Source: Epithemia pelagica
Taxonomy: Eukaryota > Protista > Bacillariophyta
DNA length: 64,000 nucleotides
Assembly: GCA_946965045.2 (NCBI GenBank)
Contig: OX337238.1
Span: 248,001-312,000, forward strand
Direction: 5' to 3'
The notes below the pieces were generated by a model that was given only the letters and a program-made list of their open reading frames with translations, was not told the DNA's origin and did not search any database. Positions 57,100-64,000 of the stretch are shown piece after piece (the stretch's first letter is position 1; each line of letters starts with the position of its first letter). The translations under genes and the position numbers were made by a program.

Positions 57100-58026
57100 A
57101 TGTTCACAAACAAGTTCCTTGGCACTGCCTTTCCTATTTTGGCTCTGTCCTTGTCTTCAGCCCATGGACTTTTGAAAGGATCCAATATGAGAACCGAGAC
57201 AAGCATGGAAACAAAAGGTCGAAACCTAGTAGAACAGACATTCGGTTCCTGCGATACCGACACAACGGTCAAGGCTATTGGACAAAATGACTGCGGGATT
57301 GAGCTGAGCCGTGTCAATGGTTATGATGACTCTCGTGTCATCCTTAACGAGGATATGAGATGCACTCCCGAGGATGATACGGAGAGTGCGATTGCTATTA
57401 CCGCCTCACGAATTACGTTGGACTGTCAAGGTCACAAGATTGAAGAAGCAAGTGGGCGTTTATTTGGGTTTGGTCTTGTTCTAGAGGGCGACAATATTGT
57501 CGTACGAAACTGTGATATTTCCGGTTTCAATAATGGAATCATCATACTGTCCTCGAACAGTATTGTACTTGAGAATGTGAACTCGAACAACAACTTTCGA
57601 GATGGTCTCAAGAGTCGCTCCAATGAAGACGAAAATTCCATATCGTCGCTTACAATCCTTTCTTCAAAGTTCGACAACAATTTCCGTGGGATTGTATTTT
57701 TTGCATTTGTATCAAACTTGTTTGTTTTTAATGTCACTGCAAATAACAATTTTATTGATGGGTTCGTGTTTCGAGAGACCATTTCCACGGCGAAATTTGT
57801 GGATGTGGAGGCCAGCAACAACCAGTACGAAGGCATTGATGCATTTAGCAATTCCAATACAAAGCTGGTTCTCCATAACAACACGTACTGCGGAAACGCC
57901 GGTCAGAGCAGGTTCTCTGAAAACAGGGACATTGGCATCGCGAATTTGGATATTGGCAGCTTCATGCACCATGCAATCACCTGCTCCAAAGACGGCGACA
58001 ACGAGATTTGTGACTGCCAGTGCTAA
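57100..58026 (+). CDS. Secreted parallel beta-helix protein (paralog)
   Basis: Same signal/GRNL/beta-helix/ICDCQC architecture. ATG at 57100. Confidence 0.85.
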   Translation: MFTNKFLGTAFPILALSLSSAHGLLKGSNMRTETSMETKGRNLVEQTFGSCDTDTTVKAIGQNDCGIELSRVNGYDDSRVILNEDMRCTPEDDTESAIAITASRITLDCQGHKIEEASGRLFGFGLVLEGDNIVVRNCDISGFNNGIIILSSNSIVLENVNSNNNFRDGLKSRSNEDENSISSLTILSSKFDNNFRGIVFFAFVSNLFVFNVTANNNFIDGFVFRETISTAKFVDVEASNNQYEGIDAFSNSNTKLVLHNNTYCGNAGQSRFSENRDIGIANLDIGSFMHHAITCSKDGDNEICDCQC

Positions 58027-58563
58027 AATACTCCAAGACCAAACACCCCAACTATGCAATGGATGAGAATTCGAGTGACGGCATGATCGATTTCTGTTGT
58101 AGACATAGACATGAGATGTAATGAACCTACTCAAAACCACCAGTACTGAAGTGGTTCTAGACGCCATCGCTCTTTTCTATACCTTTTCTTTTTTTGAGAG
58201 AAAGAACTTCCACCGTCCATTTCAGTCTCGGTTGTTGCTTCGTTTCGTCGTTCGTTCCCAACCCTCTTCCGAACCGAGCCACATCCCAATGGAGCGTCGT
58301 TGTTGTTGTCGTTGTACAGGAATCCGTCAAGACTAAACCCGTCAAAAACACCAGGCTTTCCTTCTTTTCCCAACAGCCATGTGGACAACCCAACGACGGT
58401 CGTTTCTTCGGCTGTCGTAATGAAAAAGGCATTGTCCCCATTCTCGCGCGCATGTTGTGGACCAACCAATGGGATAAAGCTCCGATTAGCGGACCGTCCG
58501 TGCCATCCAATCCCAAAATAATCGCCTGGCATGGGGCAAGAATGGTAGTAGTATGTGTTCGTG

Positions 58564-59904
58564 TTAGAGCCGGGCGCGTGGAACGGGCAGTGTCACTGGT
58601 GGCAGTGATTGTGGTTGTTGTTGTCCTTCTTGTTGGAGTTGTTGTGCGATTTGTGCGGCTTGTTGAATGCGTTCCAAACAAAACTGGACGACAATGGGCA
58701 CTTGTTCGGATCCGGCACTGACAAAGTCATGTTGCAATTCGGGACGATACGTCACGGAAATCTCATGGGCATACCGTTGTGGTTCTTGTTGCAAGAGTTG
58801 CTCCAAGTCTTGGATATGAAATTCCGGAGACCAAACGTCCTGGCTGGCAAACAAGAGAGCAATGGGACACTGACGAGACAGATATCGCAAGGCACACACA
58901 TCGAACAGTTCGGGAACTTGTCGAATTTCTTCACATCCCAAGGTAAAAAAGTTGCGCGGAAAGGATGGAATGCTCAAGAGACGCAGCAAAATGTCACGTC
59001 CCTCCTCGTCGGTAAAGGCGCGTGACAAGAGGGCATTGTGCAGGGCCCACCAGACATTGGTCTTCCACGTGGACCACGTCGTTCTTGGACTTGTCGTCGT
59101 GCTGCTGCTATTGTCCTCACGATCGTTGCTGTTGGTGGTAGTGGCATTCGAGGGTTTGTGGTCCGCCGTCATTCCGGAAAAGGCTTGTCGCAAAATGGAT
59201 TGGGCGACTTGAATCGTCGTTTCGGGATGACCACCGGCCCAGTGCAACAGCCCCGACTTGACTGTGCCCGGTGGCGGTTTCATGCGAACAAAGGGGGTCA
59301 AGAACAAAAACAAGATTGTGCGTTCCAAAATGTCGCGACGCCACGTACACAAGCGTTGCGTAAAGTGACATCCAATTGAGTGACTGACAAAAATGAGTTG
59401 AATCCGATCGGTGTTTCGACCACCACCAGGACGATTCGACGACAACGACGACGACTCCTCGAATTCGTCCAAAATGGCATCGACAAAGGCACACTTGTGT
59501 AAGGACTGGCCATCGACGGTCCAGGGAATGGAGGGATTCTTGTGGTCGGTGGTATCGGCCCCTAACACTTGTGCCTTGTGGGGATCCAAGGAATGAGCCG
59601 CATTGGCCGCCCCTCGACAGGCATGGCCGGGTCCCAAGGCCGTGAGCAATTGACGAAAAAAGGGCACATACCATTCAATCAATCCAGGATTGCCTGGAAC
59701 AAACACCAAGACGGTATGAACCCTCGGTGGTGGTTGTTGCTGTTGTGAGGTGGTCGTGGTGTTGCCGGTCGGTGGTTGCTGTTCGGGCAAGCACCAGTCC
59801 ATGGCAAAGGTATCGGTCGGCCATCCGAGAAGAGTTCGGCTTCCCATTGTGGTTTGGATCACCATCGTTGATCCTGCAGGCTCGTCGTCCTTGTTCCAAC
59901 TCAT
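58564..59904 (-). CDS. Lipid-droplet-associated hydrolase (alpha/beta hydrolase, LDAH-like)
   Basis: VFVPGNPGLIEWY, SHSIG nucleophile elbow, FLTPF, LLFASQDVWSP, HDF. Confidence 0.88.
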   Translation of the reverse strand: MSWNKDDEPAGSTMVIQTTMGSRTLLGWPTDTFAMDWCLPEQQPPTGNTTTTSQQQQPPPRVHTVLVFVPGNPGLIEWYVPFFRQLLTALGPGHACRGAANAAHSLDPHKAQVLGADTTDHKNPSIPWTVDGQSLHKCAFVDAILDEFEESSSLSSNRPGGGRNTDRIQLIFVSHSIGCHFTQRLCTWRRDILERTILFLFLTPFVRMKPPPGTVKSGLLHWAGGHPETTIQVAQSILRQAFSGMTADHKPSNATTTNSNDREDNSSSTTTSPRTTWSTWKTNVWWALHNALLSRAFTDEEGRDILLRLLSIPSFPRNFFTLGCEEIRQVPELFDVCALRYLSRQCPIALLFASQDVWSPEFHIQDLEQLLQQEPQRYAHEISVTYRPELQHDFVSAGSEQVPIVVQFCLERIQQAAQIAQQLQQEGQQQPQSLPPVTLPVPRARL

Positions 59905-60245
59905 GGTTTGTCTATTCTCTCTGAATTTACTCGATGCCTGTGTTTTGGGTTCTTGTGGTCGTGTTGTCCTTTCTTGTGCCTGGACTCTGTGGACTGTCTC
60001 TTTTGGATTGTGTTTGTTGCGTTGTCGTCGTCGGCGGTGCGGCACGCCGTGGTACGCGCGACCCAAGGGTTTTAAAGCGACGTTTCAGCGACCCAAATGG
60101 AGATGGAGTACTGGTTGGAGCTTTGGAAGGGTTCTAGGGCTTAAAAAGTTTATAAGCTAGCGGAGTAGAAAAAGGACACATACAGTTTTTGGCAACAGAT
60201 TTGCCGACGACGATTGCAAAGTCCGTGGGTGTGGGTGTGATCACA

Positions 60246-62270
60246 ATGGCGGCGCCGACGGAGCAAAAGTCCTTGTTCTACAAGCCTCCCGTGTGGGCGG
60301 CCGCTCCCAATACGCTGCGGCTGCGTGGTGGCAATCGGCAGCCGCCGCAAAAGAATGACAAGGACAAGGACGATCCATCAACGACAACGGCGCCCGAATG
60401 GAAGTTGTTGCAAGTCAAGGAGGGTGTCGTGGTGGCGACCCATAACTTGAGTCATCAAGCCTGTACCGTCTTGGGACGCGCGGTGGATCAAGTGGATATT
60501 GTGTTGCAGCACGAGTCGTGTTCGCGACAACACGCCCGCATTGCCTTTGATGGCCAAACGGGCACACCGTGGTTGTTGGATTTGCACTCGACCCATGGCA
60601 CGACCGTCAATCGACGACCGCTGCCAGCCGCGGCACGACATGCCGAAATTTATACAACGGACGATAAAACGGGAAGTCGCGGCGTAATTCTCTATCCCTT
60701 TGATGTCTTGCAATTTGGAGCCTCGACGCGCAAGTTTTGTTTGGAAGGACCGGCCGACTATGAACGAGGCACCAATACGACGAAACAAAAATCAGTCACT
60801 CTTAGACAAACGGACCGCCAAACTCTAGAGAAGGACAACGATCCAAAGAGGTTGAGCAAAACAGAACAACCACAAGACCGAGAGAACAAAAAGGACGATT
60901 CAGTCTTGTGGGGAATGGATCGCATGGACGACGACGAGCTATTCGACGACTCTCACCCACCTTTCGACTGGCACTCGTGGTTGGAATCCATCATGTCATC
61001 TCGACAAAAAGAAGAAGAAATTCTCAACCACTGCAAAAAGGAATGGGACACCATTCGAGTCCAATGGCAAAAACTCCAACAAGCCAAATTGGAACACTCT
61101 CGCATTCAGCGCAAATCGGGCAGTGGTTTGTCCCAAGGACAAGAAGAACAATTGCAACGCTTGCAACAACGACAAACTCAATTGCAAGCGTCTCTGGAGC
61201 AAAAAGCCCAAAAATTGTATCAAACCCTGCATCCCTCCGCCAAATCACACAGCAGCTACCATGACTATGTCGATGATGAGGAAGTCGAGGATCGAACCAA
61301 TCGACATCGTAGTCGTCGGAACCTCGCATCATCCACGCAACCAGAACACAAGGATGAGGCCGAAACCGAAGGCTCGTTAGTGGTCAAATACTCGGAATTG
61401 CAAACGCAACTCCAACAATTGCAGTCTCGAATTCAACGCTGGCAACGTGAATCGGCAGCGCTCCAACAAAAACAACAGCAACAAACAAGCGAGTCGAAGA
61501 ACGACGACGAAGAGGCCTTTTTTGTTCAAAATCAAGTACACTTGGTACAACAAGAGTTGGACCGGGCCCGAACCCAAGTCCAAGACACGAATCAGCAACT
61601 TGAGGAAACCCTCAAACTCTTGTTGATTGTCGCTCCCCAACGTCATGCCCAACTGTTGCGAGAACAACAACAACAACAACAGCAACCACGGCAAACAAAC
61701 GTCGAATCAAGCAGCAACGACTCTTTTTCATCCCATGCGCGTCCTCCTCCTCCTCTGCGTGTCGACGAACGCAACAACAACCAGTTGGATTCGGATGGAT
61801 TCGTGGTTCCATCCGCCATTCCCAGACCCACGACAATGAGAGCGCCGAGTACTACCACTACTACTGCTGCTACTGTTGCGGACCAGACTCTTGTACTACC
61901 ACCACCAGCAGCAGCAGCAGGGACGGCCACGTCAATCACCACGCTGCCACTGCCACCACCCAAGAAGCAACGCATCCAACTGGGACCACAAGCACCACCA
62001 CCACCGCCACGACAAGACACAAGAAAAGGCCCCCACACTGGTGGTACATTGGATTTTGTGCAAGCAGCGTTCCAGACAAGCACAGTTGAAGGTTCCGCCG
62101 CAGCTCCGAAATCCTCGCGCGAATCGTCGTCGTTGAACACGCAAGACCCTCGTCCCCAATCGAACACAATGATTTTTTTGCAGGAGAACGACGACACATG
62201 GCGACCACCCAAGGATCAAGATGGAAGTGGATATACCAAACTGAATGAAAAGTTTGCGGGACGCTATTAG
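60246..62270 (+). CDS. FHA-domain coiled-coil protein, kanadaptin (SLC4A1AP)-like
   Basis: FHA domain (VLGRAVDQVDIVLQHESCSRQHA...DLHSTHGTTVN), coiled coils, and C-terminal WRPPKDQDGSGYTKLNEKF.GRY similar to the kanadaptin terminus. Confidence 0.8.
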   Translation: MAAPTEQKSLFYKPPVWAAAPNTLRLRGGNRQPPQKNDKDKDDPSTTTAPEWKLLQVKEGVVVATHNLSHQACTVLGRAVDQVDIVLQHESCSRQHARIAFDGQTGTPWLLDLHSTHGTTVNRRPLPAAARHAEIYTTDDKTGSRGVILYPFDVLQFGASTRKFCLEGPADYERGTNTTKQKSVTLRQTDRQTLEKDNDPKRLSKTEQPQDRENKKDDSVLWGMDRMDDDELFDDSHPPFDWHSWLESIMSSRQKEEEILNHCKKEWDTIRVQWQKLQQAKLEHSRIQRKSGSGLSQGQEEQLQRLQQRQTQLQASLEQKAQKLYQTLHPSAKSHSSYHDYVDDEEVEDRTNRHRSRRNLASSTQPEHKDEAETEGSLVVKYSELQTQLQQLQSRIQRWQRESAALQQKQQQQTSESKNDDEEAFFVQNQVHLVQQELDRARTQVQDTNQQLEETLKLLLIVAPQRHAQLLREQQQQQQQPRQTNVESSSNDSFSSHARPPPPLRVDERNNNQLDSDGFVVPSAIPRPTTMRAPSTTTTTAATVADQTLVLPPPAAAAGTATSITTLPLPPPKKQRIQLGPQAPPPPPRQDTRKGPHTGGTLDFVQAAFQTSTVEGSAAAPKSSRESSSLNTQDPRPQSNTMIFLQENDDTWRPPKDQDGSGYTKLNEKFAGRY

Positions 62271-62961
62271 CAGCTTTTGACTCCAACTAGTGCTGAAATT
62301 ACACGCCATGATGGATCAATGTCAACACCTGTAACGTTCTGGCTGAAAAGACGTACCATAGAGGATGATCCTGGGGGGACCTTTCATGTCTCAAATCCTC
62401 TGGAGAATGCAATCACAAGGGGGATATCATTGTGGTACAGTCAAAAAGTACAGCGAAGAAAAAACCAGCTTCGTCCACCTCTGGTCTGCGTCCACAAACA
62501 CGAAACCACAGAGGCAGCCGTGAGCCGACTAGCCTTTCCTTCCAAAACACCAGACTCTGCAAGACAACGAAATCGGCACAACTGTCGTCGTGCAACACGA
62601 CTCAGAATGAGTACTGCCACGGCCAAACAAAGAGTCGCGAAGCTGCACAACCCATTACTATATCGAATGTGGATGGCGAGCGACCCTACTGCTGTCACCG
62701 CCTCAGGAGAATTCTCGACAAGGGAAAGAACGAAGCAACAACCCATGAACAGAGACCAAAATAGCAGGTTCTGCGTGGCGGAAATTGTTTCTCAAAAAAA
62801 AAGAGGGCGCCTTGATAAGGTATAGAAGAGCAAGGGCGTCTTGAGCTAGTACCACTTCAGTACTGATACTTTCATTTTTTCATGTGTAAAATAAAACTGT
62901 ACCTTGCTATCATTCGAATTATCGTCATCTAGACACTTGGGGTGTTTGATCTTCGAGGATT

Positions 62962-63969
62962 TTAGCACTGACAGTCACAAATGCGGTTGCCGCCATCGTC
63001 GTCGCAGGTAATTGCCTGGTGAATGAAGCTGAAACTACCGTCAAATTCAAAATCAGGAATCTGCGGTGCAATACTTGCAAGGTCCAGAATGTCTGCTCCA
63101 AAGAAGGACGCGCCGTTTCGACAGAATGTGGAGCTATGGAGTGTCAATTTCTTATTTGTCTGGCTGGGAAGAATAATAACACCTCCGTCCGCGTTGTTCC
63201 TGGCTTCGACATCCACAAAGTGTGCCATGGAAACCTCTCTTAACACAAACCCATTGTCGTTATTGCTTTTCGCAGTGACATTCACAAGAGACAATTTTGA
63301 TAAAAGCATTGTTGGTTCACTCAAGCGCATGCCAGCTCTGCCATTGTTGTCAAAGTTTGAAGAAAGAATGTTGAGGGACGATAAAATATCACCGCTGTCT
63401 GGGTCGAGACAATTAAAGACGGTGTTGACGAAGTTCACAAATGCATCACCGCCATCCATCTTGAGACCATCACCCGAGTTGTTGTTCGAGTTCACATTCT
63501 GTAACATAAATCTGCCCGAGGATTCCAAGAACATTCCAGTTCCGAAACTCGAAATTTCACAGTTTCGTACAATAATATCGTCGCCCAATAGAACAAGACC
63601 AAACCCACCGCCATTCCCAATATCTTCTAGCTTGTGGCCTTTACAGTCCAACGTAATCCGTGATGCGGTAATAATAATTGCACTCTCAGTATCATCCTCA
63701 GTAGAACATATCATATCCTCATTAAGTATAACGAGCGAGTCATCATATTCATTGGCACTGCTCAGCTCAATTCCGCAGTCATCTTGTCCAATGGCTTTGA
63801 CCGTTGTGTCTGTATCGCAGGAACCGGCTGTCTGTTGCACTAGGTTTCGACCCTGTTCTTCGCTTCTTGTCTTGTCACTTTTACTGATGGATCTTTTCAA
63901 AAGTCCATAGGTAGAGGGCAAGGACAGAGCCGCAATAGCAGAGGAGGTAAGGAACTTGTATGTGAGCAT
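62962..63969 (-). CDS. Secreted parallel beta-helix protein (paralog)
   Basis: Signal peptide, GRNL, SCDTDTTVKAIGQDDC, ITASRITLDC, ends ICDCQC. Confidence 0.85.
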   Translation of the reverse strand: MLTYKFLTSSAIAALSLPSTYGLLKRSISKSDKTRSEEQGRNLVQQTAGSCDTDTTVKAIGQDDCGIELSSANEYDDSLVILNEDMICSTEDDTESAIIITASRITLDCKGHKLEDIGNGGGFGLVLLGDDIIVRNCEISSFGTGMFLESSGRFMLQNVNSNNNSGDGLKMDGGDAFVNFVNTVFNCLDPDSGDILSSLNILSSNFDNNGRAGMRLSEPTMLLSKLSLVNVTAKSNNDNGFVLREVSMAHFVDVEARNNADGGVIILPSQTNKKLTLHSSTFCRNGASFFGADILDLASIAPQIPDFEFDGSFSFIHQAITCDDDGGNRICDCQC

Positions 63970-64000
63970 AGACTTTTCCGTCTGACTGTATTTTGTGACC

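Noticed and set aside
58131-58721. Overlapping ORFs on both strands between the beta-helix and LDAH genes
   Set aside because: Driven by CAA/GTT-rich low-complexity 3' regions; no domain evidence.
1-64000. tRNA, rRNA or CRISPR loci
   Set aside because: No cloverleaf, rRNA-like or repeat-spacer structure recognised by eye; tRNAscan-SE/Infernal would be needed to exclude them.

Overview
Eukaryotic nuclear DNA with short spliceosomal introns, bipartite signal-peptide + 'AF' plastid-targeting presequences, guanylate cyclase-PDE fusions, class C GPCRs and type-II LRR proteins. This points to a pennate diatom (inference). Housekeeping and signalling genes include a plastid formate/nitrite transporter, a RING E3, a cold-shock-domain protein, a CBM20-TPS/TPP, a plastid SAP/coiled-coil protein, a signal-peptide-bearing proteasome-like subunit, a mitochondrial carrier, a GABA-B-like GPCR, a sulfotransferase, LDAH and kanadaptin. 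They are interleaved with many local duplications and pseudogenes. The main discovery is an apparently complete 9,895-bp CACTG-type (CMC/EnSpm-like) DNA transposon at 37832-47726. It has terminal inverted repeats, a possible 2-bp TSD and subterminal repeats, and carries two divergent gene pairs: a frameshifted DDE transposase, a spliced Cys-rich accessory gene, an orphan ORF, and a cargo class-III PLP aminotransferase-fold protein with a possible C-terminal winged helix. Also present: a 1.4-kb element with 87-bp TIRs, a Crinkler-like nuclease-kinase ORF, an 18-nt micro-exon carrying part of a sulfotransferase PAPS-binding loop, and a four-copy family of secreted beta-helix proteins. All exon models were derived by hand from GT/GC-AG sites and reading-frame continuity.
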